Assembly: GCF_006345805.1 (NCBI RefSeq) | Contig: NC_043002.1 | Location: forward strand, 40,114,001 to 40,178,000 | Direction: 5' to 3' | Source: Octopus sinensis | Lineage: Eukaryota | Length of the DNA: 64,000 nt | In this document: positions 1 through 12,150 of the stretch, piece by piece | How the letters are laid out: each line of letters starts with the position of its first letter | How positions within the stretch are numbered: position 1 is the stretch's first letter | Position numbers and translations under genes: made by a program | The notes under the pieces: model-generated | Seen by the model: the letters and a program-made list of their open reading frames with translations, nothing else | Databases searched by the model: none | Told to the model about the DNA's origin: nothing

Positions 1-317
1 TATCTGCAGGCATCATTTTTAAATAGAATTACAAACTCAAATATTGTTAGATGATTGTTTGAAGTTTTGAGGAATCAATGAAATACACAATTTCTTTTCA
101 AACCAATCATTTTTCTGAAGTGCTTTATGATGTTTCTTTGTTTCCAAGGCCCCAGGAAAGTGAAACATAATTCTGAAGAAAAGTGATTTTATAGAGATGA
201 AATCCTCCATCTGTAATCCTTGATCTGCTGTTAATTGCATGAACTCTTTTCTATAAAAAATTGATCTGCTTTGGCTGCAAGACTCTTTATATGCCCCAGA
301 TATAAGAATAACAGAAG

Positions 318-833
318 TACTATAAATTCTCAAGTATAATCCACATTTTTTTCCCAAAATTTAAAGGTCAAAATCCCTAGTGCGTACTATATACGAGGTT
401 AAAAATGAAAAATATTTTCTAAGCAATGTCCAAGTCTCTATTTGCTGTCCAGCAATGTTTATTCAGACACATTTTATGATGTCGGGTGCGAAAATACCTT
501 AAGCTAAGCCTGAAAGCAATGAAGTCCTAAAAGAATCATCCATAACTTGCAGTAAGCAACATTTATTAAACGTTATTACTGTTATTTCTTTATTTTCTGC
601 AAACAAAATGCACAAAAAAGCTACACGTTTGCATTATGTTATATATACAATAATAATAAAGGAAGTTACCGTATACATTTTTACAAACCAAGGATGTTAT
701 ATAGACCTCCTTGACTCAAGTAAGAGAAGGGGTGCGTATTATACACAAGGTTTAGGTTTTTCAGAGGTACAGCCCCCTAAAAATCCCCTGCGTATTATAC
801 TCAAGGGCGGACTATACTTGAGGATTTACAGTA
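318..833. mobile_element. pogo/Tigger-like (Tc1-mariner) MITE, copy 1
   Basis: TA-flanked imperfect TIRs (CTATAAATTCTCAAGTATAATCC ... GGACTATACTTGAGGATTTACAG). Both ends match the reverse complement of 10976-11490. Confidence 0.75.
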
Positions 834-1019
834 CGTGTGAACAATCTGGCTTAGTATGCCTGCAACTAGATTAAACAAAATAGGTTTACATGGCTGTCAT
901 CAGTTCATGTTTCATTAAGAGACTATTTTCTCTTTGCTTTTATTCAGATTATATTTTCACACTGTATATCACTATATACCAGCTGTTTCCCCAAAATTTC
1001 CAAAGTCAGAAGTGAAAAA

Positions 1020-3060
1020 ATGTTACTGTATTGGCAAAGACACAACTCCTTGCCCAATTTTTCTTTCTTTTGGAAAAAGGAAAACTTAAAAGCTAATGAA
1101 GAATCAGTAACAGGTGTCACTTTTGGGAAAATAGCTGCATTCTCAAGTGCATCTGCAAAAAATTGGATTGGAGATGAAGAATCACTATGGATAGCAAATT
1201 GCAGCTTGGTATTTCAACAAAGCCATGTAGTTTTTTCCAGAGGAAAGTATGCATCAATGTTCTTTTAGAACCCAGAATCTTGACCCCATTATAAAAAATG
1301 GGATGGCAAACTGGGTGGGCCAAACTTCAATGTATTATATTCTTTGTGACAATGGTAAGCAGCATTTGAAAAGGTGGATCTTGTACAGCTCATCAAAGAA
1401 TGCAGTTTATTGCCTTTTCTGTACTTTGATGTCAAGCCACTATGACAGGTTTTCCATCAAGGATGGCTTTAATGATTGAACAAATAGTAGAGATGAAAAT
1501 GAAAGCACATGAACAATGCCACAGAGATTTTGTGTTGTTGTTTAATATTTTATGTAAGAGATGTTCTCATGTTAGTAGAGAGTTGGAAAAACAAGTGCAG
1601 GAAAACAAAAAATAGTTGAATGAAATATTATGTTGTAGCTGTAACAATATTTCTAGCTTAGAGAGGCCTGGCACTTAGGGGTTATGAAAAGATCATTGGA
1701 TCTAAGTATGATGAGAATTTGGGTGAATTATGGATCTTTATTACACAATTTGATCCATTTCCAATGAATCACTAGAATGTATTTGACAATCCCAAAAGTG
1801 GTAAGCAGTCATACAGTTCTGTTGAATGCAAAATATATGACTCATATTGTAACAAAATGTAAATCTGCCAAGTATTTGTCATCTTCTGTAGATTTAAATC
1901 TAAACTGTGCTCATGTTGATCAGCCAACAGTTTTTGTGCATTTTAGTATTTCTGGAAAAGGTTTTTAACTTTCCTGTCAACTGGTTCTCATAAAGTGGAA
2001 ATACTATCCACATCTGAGTTAGAATTTCTTTAAAAGTAGAATATACATTTTGAAGACTGCAGAGACAATTCTATGGTAGTGCCAGATCACTACACAGAAA
2101 TGCAAGCCAGGTTTAAGGAAATGAACTTGACTACAATTTTCATTCTGTGCACCTCATTTGTTGAATCTTGCTTGCTGGACACACTGCTGGTCCTTACTGT
2201 GTTGAACCTGTTAGATATTTTGGTTCCATTCAAAATATATGTACATTTTTTGTGTGTTGACACACAGATGGGCAAATTTATTGTATTTTGGGGGAAGGAA
2301 ATAAAGAAAGCTAACCTTAAAGTCCTTTTCAGAAACTCGTCGATCAGCAAGAGCATATACTACTGAAGCCCTTGTTGATAGATATAACTTAATTCAAAAT
2401 GCACTCAAAGATATTGAAGACAATTTAGAACAAACACCTGAAGCAAGATATGAAGCTCAGACACAGGCAGACAAATTGGACTGTCATGAAACTGCTTTAA
2501 TGGCTAAGATCTAGAACTTAATTCTTGTACAGTTTAACATTAATTAAAGTTTAATTAAATTAGTTAAATTTAATTAATTAAAATTAAAGTTTTTCAAAGA
2601 GTTGAAGTTGATCTGAATAAAGTGGTGTATCTAATTGATTCCTTGGAAAACTTTCTGAAATCACGAGGATAAGTATGAAGGGTTGGAACTGGATAAGAGG
2701 AACATGTGAAGAAACGCAAACGCAGACTTTAAATCAATGACACATAGACAAAGGAAGAGAATCAAATGTGATGCAAATCTAGCATCAACCTCAGAGGAAG
2801 TTTCACTTTCTGCAAGAGAAAAATTCAGATGTGGGACTTTCAATATCATTTTAGATCAGTTGTTTGTCAGCTTACAAAAACACAGGACAGCCTATCAATC
2901 AGTGCATGGTAAGTTCAAAGCTATACTGAACTTATGTAGTTAAGTTGATGCAAAGATAAGAGTAGAAACTGAGAAGCTCATCGCCAATTTTTCCAGTGAT
3001 TTTATCAATGTGTTCATAGAAGAAAATGTGCAGTATTTAGCCTTTTGTAAGCTCAGGCCA
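1020..3060 (+). pseudogene. Degenerate hAT-superfamily transposase (TTF-type Zn finger plus DUF4371-like core), 3'-truncated
   Basis: Fragments in shifting frames: WILYSSSKNAVYCLFC, FLA*RGLALRG..., AKYLSSSVD...HVDQ, EQTPEARYEA...ETALMAKI*NLIL, EKFRCGTFNIILDQL. Many stops and frameshifts. Cut off at about 3060 by the inverted-repeat arm. Confidence 0.85.
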
Positions 3061-3290
3061 CCTCTTGCTAGATAAGGACGTACAATTGGCCTTATGTTTG
3101 AGCCTAAAAGATGAAAAACGATTGTTAGTACTGTAAAGTATAGAAGCCATCTTAACATGGCTAACCACGTAGGGGAGGGGGTGTTACTGTAGCTTTATAG
3201 CCCCAGGAGATCGTCGTCTCCAGCTGGCTTTAGACACCATTTCAGTGCCCTTGAAGTATTTGCAAAGGGAGGCCATCCCTTCCTCGCAAG

Positions 3291-3356
3291 CCTGAGTGAT
3301 ACGCTCGGACTAGTTTCGGGATTTTTGTCCCTTGTCAACAGGCGGTAACCACCAGG
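3291..3356 (-). ncRNA. Candidate minimal type-I hammerhead ribozyme (U3-A8 core), left-arm copy
   Basis: The minus strand reads CGCCTG-TTGACAA-GGGA-CAAAAA-TCCC-GAAA-CTAG-TC-CGAGCG. Confidence 0.7.
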
Positions 3357-3736
3357 TCACAATGAAAGAGAAGGCCGCCTTGCAAATATATAAGAGTTTT
3401 TCTAGTGACGTCTGCACTGATTTCGAAAAACTGACAGTAAGCATTATTAAATCTCAGATTGTTAGTACGTTTTTCATATTTATTGAACATCCTACAGTTC
3501 TTAGAAGTGTAGTATATTCTTAGCTATATTAGTGGCAACATGGACTTTTTCCCTATTCTTGGTCTATTAGAGCATTTAAGTAAAATTACATTAATGTGTC
3601 CAACTGATTAAAAAATTCTATTTATCTATTTATGTAGCATTTAAATTGATGTAATGATTGCATTGTCACTTGAAACGGTCATACTGCATCACCTCTTGAT
3701 ATCCTGTTGCTTATTTAGATTATATACATATGTATA

Positions 3737-3805
<69 letters not shown>

Positions 3806-4261
3806 GAGTAGATGAAACCTTAGCGACTGAAGAAGGGGATTTTTCGTTGTGCTTATTGTCCTGTATCTCTTTTTTTCTTTTTTGCTTGTCCTGTTCCTTG
3901 GTTTGTGTCTATGTTTTTCGTCTCTCTATGTGTTCGACGTCTTTTTGGTGTCCTGTACACATATATGCGTGTATATGTACATGTAGAGGTAGGTACGTAC
4001 ATATATGTTTATATATATGCATATGTTCTATTTTATTAACATATATATATATATATATATATATAATCAAAATAAGCAACAGGATATCCAGATATATATA
4101 TATAGTTCAAATTTACAGAAATCAAAAGATGAAGACAGGTGTGTTAGTTTGACGGTTGGAAAGAATGGAAAGTCTTTGAGGTTTCAAGCCTATGCTCTTC
4201 AACAGAAAGGATTGAGAGGTAAAAAAAAAAAAGGAGAGAGAAAAAATGTGTAGGGATTAAC

Positions 4262-4545
4262 AGTTGAACATGATCGGCCTCGTCTGGCACCTGTGTCGGT
4301 GGCATATAAAAAACACCATCCGAGCGTGGCCGTTTACCAGCCTCATCTGGCACCTGTGTCGGTGGCACATAAAATCACCCACTACACTCTCGGAGTGGTT
4401 GGCGTTAGGAAGGGCATCCAGCTGTAGAAACACTGCCAGATCTGACTGGACTGGTGCAGCTTTCGGGCTCCCCAGACCACAGTTGAACCGTCCAACCCAT
4501 GCTAGCATGGAAAGCGGACGTTAAATGATGATGATGATGATGATG
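4262..4545 (+). mobile_element. RTE-LINE 3' UTR tail with ~60-bp internal repeat and (GAT)n end
   Basis: Same sequence as the 3' UTR that follows the RTE ORF end at 42648-43643. Confidence 0.8.
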
Positions 4546-4841
4546 ATATACATATGTATATAATCTAAATAAGCAACAGTATATCAAGAGGTGATGCAGT
4601 ATGACCGTTTCAAGTGACTCCATTTAATTGGACAATGCAATCATTACATCAATTTAAATGCTACATAAATAGATAAATAGAATTTTTTAATCAGTTGGAC
4701 ACATTAATGTAATTTTACTCAAATGCTCTAATAGACCAAGAATAGGGAAAAAGTCCATGTTGCCACTAATATAGCTAAGAATATACTACACTTCTAAGAA
4801 CTGTAGGATGTTCAATAAATATGAAAAACGTACTAACAATC

Positions 4842-5167
4842 TGAGATTTAATAATGCTTACTGTCAGCTTTTCGAAATCAGTGGCAGACGTCACTAGAAA
4901 AACTCTTATATATTTGCAAGGCGGCCTTCTCTTTCATCGCGACCTGGTGGTTACCGCCCGTTGACAAGGGACAAAAATCCCGAAACTAGTCCGAGCGTAT
5001 CACTCAGGCTTGTGAGGAAGACATGGCCTCCCTTTGCAAATACTTCAAGGGCACTGAAATGGTGTCTAAAGCCAGCTGGAGACGACGATCTCCTGGGGCT
5101 ATAAAGCTACAGTAACACCCCCTCCCCTACGTGGTTAGCCATGTTAAGATGGCTTCTATACTTTACA
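4842..5167 (+). mobile_element. 326-bp hammerhead-bearing insertion with 12-bp TSD
   Basis: GTACTAACAATC occurs at 4830-4841 and again at 5168-5179. Removing the insert restores the GIY-YIG reading. Termini are TG...CA. Confidence 0.75.
4943..5008 (+). ncRNA. Candidate minimal type-I hammerhead ribozyme (U3-A8 core), right-arm copy
   Basis: Core TTGACAA 4961-4967, stem II GGGA/TCCC, GAAA 4982-4985, palindromic stem III ACTAGT, GTC triplet 4989-4991, extended imperfect stem I. Confidence 0.75.
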
Positions 5168-6103
5168 GTACTAACAATCGTTTTTCATCTTTTAGGCTCA
5201 AACATAAGGCCAATTGTACGTCCTTATCTAGCAAGAGTTGGGAACTGGAGGAAAGTGGGATCGAATTTAGCCTTAAATGGGATATTATAGGAAAGCACAG
5301 CCTTATAGAGATAGTCGATACAGGTGCAAGCTGTGCTCTATGGAAACTTATGAGATTTTTAAGTATAGGGACAAGAGCAACCTGATTAATAATAGATTAG
5401 ACCTAAAGGTATCATGCATACATAGAGTCACCTGTACATTTAAATATTTTCTAAATTAGCATTTATAGGTGCAATACTTGAACCTAGATAGAAATTAATT
5501 TTTAGTGTCATATCTGATGTGAACTTAACCCCTAGTATTATATATAATAAAATCATGGGATATTGAGTTGTATGATGAATTAAAGTACATTACATATATT
5601 ATAAGCTATATGGTATAGTATATGATATGTACACATAGTTGCTATCCTATGAATAATTCTGCCTAATTAGTCTAACTTCATCATGTTTTTGTTAATTAAA
5701 CTCTTTATTCCTCTCTATGATGTTCTACCCTACTAATCATATTATATATTTTGTAATGGCTTTTACGTAAGTAAGCCTCCTAATTATATACCCCTGTGAA
5801 ACTATAAAATCATGTATGTAATAGCACCAGTAACTTTATAACTTATAAAATACCCCTTCGGTCTGAATACCTCCAACTGCCCTCACTACTACTATACCTA
5901 TTGCTTCTTCTGTGGGGTTATCTTTATCTCTCCCTACCTCAAATTTTAATACTGTTTCTTTAAAATGTAAGTTATATATATTTTCTTACTTTTCTCTATA
6001 ATTTCTTATTATTTTGTTTCTTATTTTGATACCTTTACCTATTAACCTCTTATCCCCTATAAGTTGTTAATTTTTTAAATAGAGTAATAAACTTTCTAGT
6101 TAC

Positions 6104-6332
6104 TTAACCCTTTTCTTACTGCATTTATTTTGAGATGCTCTGTGTTTCTTTCAATTGATTTTAAATATAACTAAGAATTTAGTAAAATAACTTAGTTATC
6201 ATTCAGCTAGTGTTAGGAACATAAATTGTGACTAAGGTTTGATGGAAGATTTTAATTCAAAACTTATGAAAACAAAACATTTGTATTCAGATCCAGAGCC
6301 GGTTTCAGCCAGGTTGGTAACGAAAGGGTTAA
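6104..6332. mobile_element. piggyBac-type MITE family 1
   Basis: TTAA-CCCTTT ... AAAGGG-TTAA. A reverse-oriented copy is at 37794-38023. Confidence 0.85.
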
Positions 6333-6813
6333 GTCTGTGAGAGTTGATTATAACATACCTATAATAAAGTACAAATATTTGTGTATATTTGTATGTTAGC
6401 ACATAGTTAAATATGTGTATGTGTCTGTGCACAACTTTTTTTCTTTCTGATTCTTAGCTTATAATTAATATATAGATAACGTGATTTATCAACCCAGTAT
6501 TCCATAAGTAAATACCCAGAGCAGTCTTTATAGAAACCACCTAATAAGTAAATAATTAAGTACATGAATGAATATTAAACTAGTTCTATGTAATCTTCCC
6601 TTTCTAATGTTGAAAATTGGTATATATACACATTTTATCTATTCTTGTTATAATATCATTTTTAATAATCTTAAATTTTATCTTTATACAACATTACAAT
6701 ATTTTTGTATACAATCACCCATAGTACCCCATGATAATTTCCTCTATATCAACATCATAGTTTTATTAGCATCTTGCCCCTTTAACTGGTAATTAATATC
6801 TTGATTTGAGATC

Positions 6814-7363
6814 TCCTCCTACCCAGCCTCATTTAAAGACAGTTACTTTATACTAATCCTAAGATCTTGACAATATTTATGACCATACCCAGCTATGTGC
6901 TGTCAACTCACTCCTGCCCTCCATTCTAAACAGACACAGTCCTCTAGTCTTAGATTTGGTAGTTGATAAAAAGACTAATAAATTAAAAACGAACCACAAT
7001 CCTTTTCAAGCTATGACCGCAACAAACTTCATACAGTTCTTAGAAGTGTAGTATATTCTTAGCTATATTAGTGGCACCAAATACTCTTTCCTCCTACCCA
7101 GCCTCCTTTATAGACAGTTACTTTATACTAATCCTAAGATCTTGACAATATTTATGACCATACCCAGCTATGTGCTGTCAACTCACTCCTGCCCTCCATT
7201 CTAAACAGACACAGTCCTCTAGTCTTAGATTTGGTAGTTGATAATAAGACTAATAAATTAAAAACGAACTACAATCCTTTTCAAGCTATGACCGCAACAA
7301 ACTTCATACAGTTCTTAGAAGTGTAGTATATTCTTAGCTATATTAGTGGCACCAAATACTCTT
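6814..7363 (+). repeat. 275-bp direct tandem duplication in the PLE 3' region
   Basis: TCCTCCTACCCAGCCTC starts at 6814 and at 7089. The two units are near-identical. Confidence 0.95.
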
Positions 7364-7588
7364 TCTCTATTCTTGCCCTATTAGAGCATTTGAGTAAAAT
7401 TATATTACTGTGTCCAACTGATTAAAAAATTCTATTTATTTATTTATGCCGTACTGCATCACCTCTCGATATCCATTGCTTCTTTTGATTTTATTCATCT
7501 TACTTTGATTTGTACAGATAATACCGCACTGATCTGGTGCTTCAACTTAAGTACCTAATTCAACTGAATCTCAATTATTTCTTATGTA

Positions 7589-7630
<42 letters not shown>

Positions 7631-7632
<2 letters not shown>

Positions 7633-7948
7633 AGTGCTGGCGGCACGTAAGAGAACCATCTAAACATGGCTGTAGTCAGCACCGCATCGACTGGCCTCCG
7701 TGCTGGTGGCACATAACAAACACCATTCGATCATGGCCGTTGCCAGCCTCACCTGGCCTCTGTGCCGGTGGCACGTAAAAAGCACCCACTGCACTCACGG
7801 AGTGGTTGGCATTAGGAAGGACATCCAGCTGTAGAAACACTGCCATATCTGACTGGCCTGGTGCAGCCTTCGGGCTTCCCAGACCCCAGTTGAGCTATCC
7901 AACCCATGCTAGCATGGAAAGCGGACATTAAACGATGATGATGATGAT
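7631..7948 (+). mobile_element. RTE-LINE 3' UTR tail
   Basis: GGCACGTAAAAAGCACCC...GGAAGGACATCCAGCTGTAGAAAC...CGATGATGATGAT. Confidence 0.8.
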
Positions 7949-8258
7949 ATATACAGGGTTTGCCAAAAGCCACCTGACAGTAAATCAAAATCTTTTAATT
8001 CCAAGATTAAAACAAAAATTATCTTATATGAGACTTTGCTAATAAATAAACAAATGTTGAAAAAATAAACAGTGATTTTAACTCACAGCATTCAATTATT
8101 AAACATTCATAATTGGTAGGAATAAATAAAATTGAATATTAACTATTTATGGACCTTTGATTTACTGTTGACTGACTTTTGGCTAACCCTGTATACACAT
8201 ACACACACATGCACACACGCATGGATGCACGCATGCATGCACATACACACACACACAG

Positions 8259-8322
<64 letters not shown>

Positions 8323-8621
8323 GCATACACACATACATATCATCATTATCATTTAACATCTACCTTCCATGCTGGTATAGCTTTAACAGGAGCCAGCCAG
8401 GCAGAAAACTGCACCAGATTTCTGTGTCTATTTTGGCATGGTTTCTATGACTGGATACCCTTCCTAACACCAACTACTCTACTGAGTGTACTGAGTCTTT
8501 TTACGTGGTACCAGCACAGGCGAGGTCAGTTTGGGTATGGTTTTTAGAGCTGGATGCCCTTCCAAATGCCAACCACTTCACAGTGTGGGCTGGATGCTTT
8601 TTACATGGTACCAGCACTGGC

Positions 8622-8718
8622 ATATATACATACATACATACATACATACATGCATGCATGCATGCATACATACATACATACATACATACATACATACATA
8701 CATACATACATACATACA
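8622..8718. repeat. (TACA)n microsatellite
   Basis: Direct tetranucleotide run, which produces the YIHTYIHT artefact ORFs. Confidence 0.95.
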
Positions 8719-8789
8719 CATGATGGAATCTCGTTATGAACAATAAGGAATCTCGTTGTGAACAATAAATGAAGATTCAGTAAAATAAA

Positions 8790-10975
8790 GAAATAATCCT
8801 GATCTATGGACATGAATGTTTCTCCTGAGGCCTGCTGGTGCCTTGCAAACCTTGTGGCAAATGGAACAAGTTGAGGATTCTGTTTGTTTGTGTATTTGTG
8901 GATCATTTACTACATGTTTCCTTGAGTGGATGGTAAGGCCTGCTTTGCTTCATGCCACAAAACCACAATGACAGGTAAGATTTCCATTTAGAGGAGCAGC
9001 ATTTTGCCAGTGTGCCTTCATGCTTGCACGAAGTTGGTCCCAATATTTGAGTTGACTTTGCTCAAATCTTTAAACTGAGGAGAAGTAGGAGTGGTACCAG
9101 GTCCTGCGTTCTGATGCTTTGTTTTCCCAGGAAGAAAAGGGAATATTGCATTGCTTCAGATTGACTTTTAGCTTGGCTCTGAAGTGCAAGAGTGGCCTTC
9201 CAACTGATTTTCCTGTTAGAAATTGGCCAAAGAGAAGTTGCTTTGGAATTTTGATATCACTCATATGTGAGAGATGACCTGACCATTTAAGCTGTATTTT
9301 GAGGGTGGTTTCAATACCTGATATGTTGCATTTTGTTAGTACCTCACTGTTATAAATATAGTAACTTGGTTTTATATTGGAGATTATGAAATTGTTACTA
9401 GCATCGCCTTACTGGCACATGAACAAAACATTCAAGCGAGGTCATTGCCAGTGCCACTGGACTGACTCCTGTGCAGGTGGCATGTAAAAAACACCATCTG
9501 AGCGTGGCCGTTGACAGTACCGCCAGACTAGCCCTTGTGCCAGTGGCACATAAAAGCACCCACTACACTTTCAGAGCGGTTGGCACTAGGAAGGGCATCC
9601 AGCTGTAGAAACTCTGCCAGATCAGATTGGAGCCTGATGCAGCCATCTGGTTCGCCAGTCCTCAATGAAATCATCCAACCCATGCTAGCATGGAAAGCAG
9701 ATGTTAAATGATGATGATGATGATGATAGTACGCAAGCATCACATATGTAAATCACCAAGCTGGTTGATGTACTTTTGGTACAGAATCCAAGATTCAGCA
9801 CCATAAAACAATGATGTCAAAACCACTGTCTTATATACATCAACTTTCACCTTCAACAATATATCGTGGTTGTTCCAGAGCCTGTCATAAAGCTTACTGA
9901 AAGTGGAGCTAGCCTTTCTGATTCTAGAGTCAATTTCTTTATCCGTTTTAGCATCACTGGACATAATGGAACCAGGATAAATAGAGGAGAAAACAAGTTT
10001 TAATGCTTTCCCATCAACATATACAGTAGGAGCAGCAGCAGAAGGATGGTCATGAAAGGGCTTATGGACAAGTTGATGCTGATGGTCAGACCAAAAGCCT
10101 TTGCTGCATGCAAATTGTTTAGAATCTATTGCATGTCCTTAAGAGTGTGTGCTCCAAATGCACAGAGCAAATCTCAGACTGTTTGCACCAAAGTTTTAGT
10201 TTTTGCTTTGAAGCGCTGTTGGTTGAACAAGCCCCCACTGATTCTGTTCTAAAACTTTACTCCTTTAACTCCTTCAAATGCTGTTTCCAAAATGATGGAG
10301 AAATACAAAGCAAATAAGAGCAGTGCAAGAACACATCCTTACTTTGTTCCCTTTGAGACGGTGAATGAATCAGACACTTCTCCACTAGATCTGACAGAAG
10401 CCATCATCCCTTGATGGAAAGAAATGATGACATTGAGCATCGTTTCGGGAACACCTAGCTTTCTAAGGACAACCCAGAGAGCATCACTAGATTCGCTGCC
10501 AAAGGCTTTAGTTAGATCTACAAAAGTGACAAAACGGTTTCGATTGTGCTCACCATCCTTTTACTGCAGTTGCTTTAAGCTGAAAATCGTATTCACTGTG
10601 CCTCTACCAGCCTGAAAGCTACATTGAGATTCAGGCAACACTAAGCTGGCAAGGGCATCATCGAGTCTGTTTAAGATAACCCTTCCAAAGATCTTCCCAG
10701 CAACACACAAAATGGAGCTACTCGTATGGTTGTCACATTCACATTTGTTACCTTTGCACTTATAAAGATGGACAATAGAACCATCTTTAAACTCCCCTGG
10801 GACTGATCCTGATTCCAAGATTAAGGAGAAGAGTTCACATAATTTGTTCAGCCAGAGATTGCTACCACATTTATATATCTCAGCTGGTATGCCATCATTC
10901 CCAGATGACTTTCCATTAGTGAGCTGTTTTATGGCCTTTTTTACCTCAGCATTTGATGGAGCAACTCCATACATA
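8790..10975 (-). mobile_element. RTE-BovB-like LINE, 5'-truncated, degenerate RT plus C-terminal C2H2; interrupted by an RTE tail at ~9400-9727
   Basis: EVKKAIKQLTNGKSSGNDGIPAEIYK, PESQCSFQAGRGTVNTIFSLKQLQ, EIDSRIRKASSTFSKL, KIPKQLLFG, and CSICHKVCKAPAGL near 8830. Confidence 0.92.
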
Positions 10976-11490
10976 TACCGTAAATCCCCGGGTATAGTCT
11001 GCCCTTGAGTATAATAATTTTTAGGGATGTACCTCTGAAAAGCCTAAACCTATGTATAATACGCACCCCTTCTCTAACTTGAGTCGTGCGTAATTAAGCC
11101 TGCAGCACCTAGTCGAACAAATGCTTCTGCACATGCGTAATACAATAATGATGATGTTCTTAAGTGTTATATGGGAATGTAAATATGTTTGCAAATTGTT
11201 TTTGTTACATGTTATTCTGTGTTCTGAATACTTTTATTTTAATAAATGTTGCTTACTGCAAATTATGGATGATTCTTTTATGACTTCATTTCTTTCAGGC
11301 TTAGCTTAAGGTATTTTCATGCCCAACATCACAAAATGCGTCTGAATAAACATTGCTGGACAGCAAATAGAGACTCGGACATTGCTTAGAAAATATTTTT
11401 CATTTTTAACCTCGTATATAGTATGCACTAGGGATTTTGACCTTTAAATTTTGGGAAAAAAATGCAGATTACACTCGAGGATTTAGGGTA
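10976..11490. mobile_element. pogo/Tigger-like MITE, copy 2 (opposite orientation to 318-833)
   Basis: TA-CCGTAAATCCCCGGGTATAGTCTGC ... GCAGATTACACTCGAGGATTTAGGG-TA. Confidence 0.8.
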
Positions 11491-11538
11491 CATACATACA
11501 TGCATACAACATACATACATTATATATATATATGTATG

Positions 11539-11596
<58 letters not shown>

Positions 11597-11869
11597 CGAG
11601 ACACAGGCATGACTGCATAGTAAGAAATTTGCTTCTTGACTACATTGTCTCAGTTTGAATCTCACTTTATGGCACCTTAGGTAAGTTTCTTCTACTACAG
11701 ACCCAGGCCAGCCAAGGTCTTGTAAACGAATTTGGTAGGTGGAAACTGGAAGACGCTAAGGCCGATCTCAAAAGAGATACTTACAAAGGAGATGACAGAG
11801 GACCGAGATGTATGGTACATTATTGTACTCAGAAAGCTCCACCCACCACAATGAAATTGACATCTTAAA

Positions 11870-12150
11870 ACCAAGGTTCCACATAAAGAGCATTGGTGTG
11901 GCTGCTGGTGTTCTATAAAAAGCATCTATGCTAGTACTGCATACAAAACACTGGTGATGGTGCTACGTAAAAAGCAATCAATATATTCTGCTGAGTTGTT
12001 GAAGGTAGGGAGGGCATCCAGCCATAGAAAGCGAGCCAAAACAGACTATGAAACCCGGTGCGGCCCCTGGCCCTACCAGTTCCTGTCGAGCCGTCTAACC
12101 CATGCCATCATGGAAAACGGATGTTAAATGATGATGATGATGATGACGAT
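11870..12150 (+). mobile_element. Diverged RTE-type 3' tail
   Basis: GGGAGGGCATCCAGCCATAGAAA...ATGTTAAATGATGATGATGAT. Confidence 0.65.

Larger units (their letters stand above)
3062..5237. repeat. Long inverted repeat, arms 3062-3737 and 4546-5237
   Basis: The arms are reverse complements over about 680 bp with scattered substitutions and one 12-nt indel. The 808-bp spacer holds (TA)n, a PLE-like end and an RTE tail. Confidence 0.95.
4546..7583 (+). mobile_element. 5'-truncated Penelope-like element: inverted terminal segment, GIY-YIG C-terminus, 3' UTR
   Basis: Reconstructed with two frameshifts: VGCSINMK/RTNNRFSSFRLKHKANCTSLSSKSWEL...KWDIIG/KAQPY...RCKLCSMETYEIFKY...NLINNRLDLKVSCIH. The terminal segment TACAGTTCTTAGAAGTGTAG... 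is inverted at 4560-4805 and direct at about 7033 and 7308. Confidence 0.8.

Noticed and set aside
37-357. 106-aa minus-strand ORF (and the 17300-17497 ORF)
   Set aside because: No recognisable domain. The first one's start lies within a MITE TIR.
3730-4253. ORFs rich in YIYIYI/HTHT/VCVC (also at 7584, 8132, 8501, 11437, 14594, 52193, 53025)
   Set aside because: Translations of (TA)n, (CA)n and (TACA)n microsatellites.
4590-4660. Hammerhead in the PLE terminal segment (minus strand ...TGATGTAATGATT...GTCACTTGAAACGGTC)
   Set aside because: GAAAC and GTC are present, but no valid N-U-G-A-N-N-A core is positioned between compatible stems I and II.
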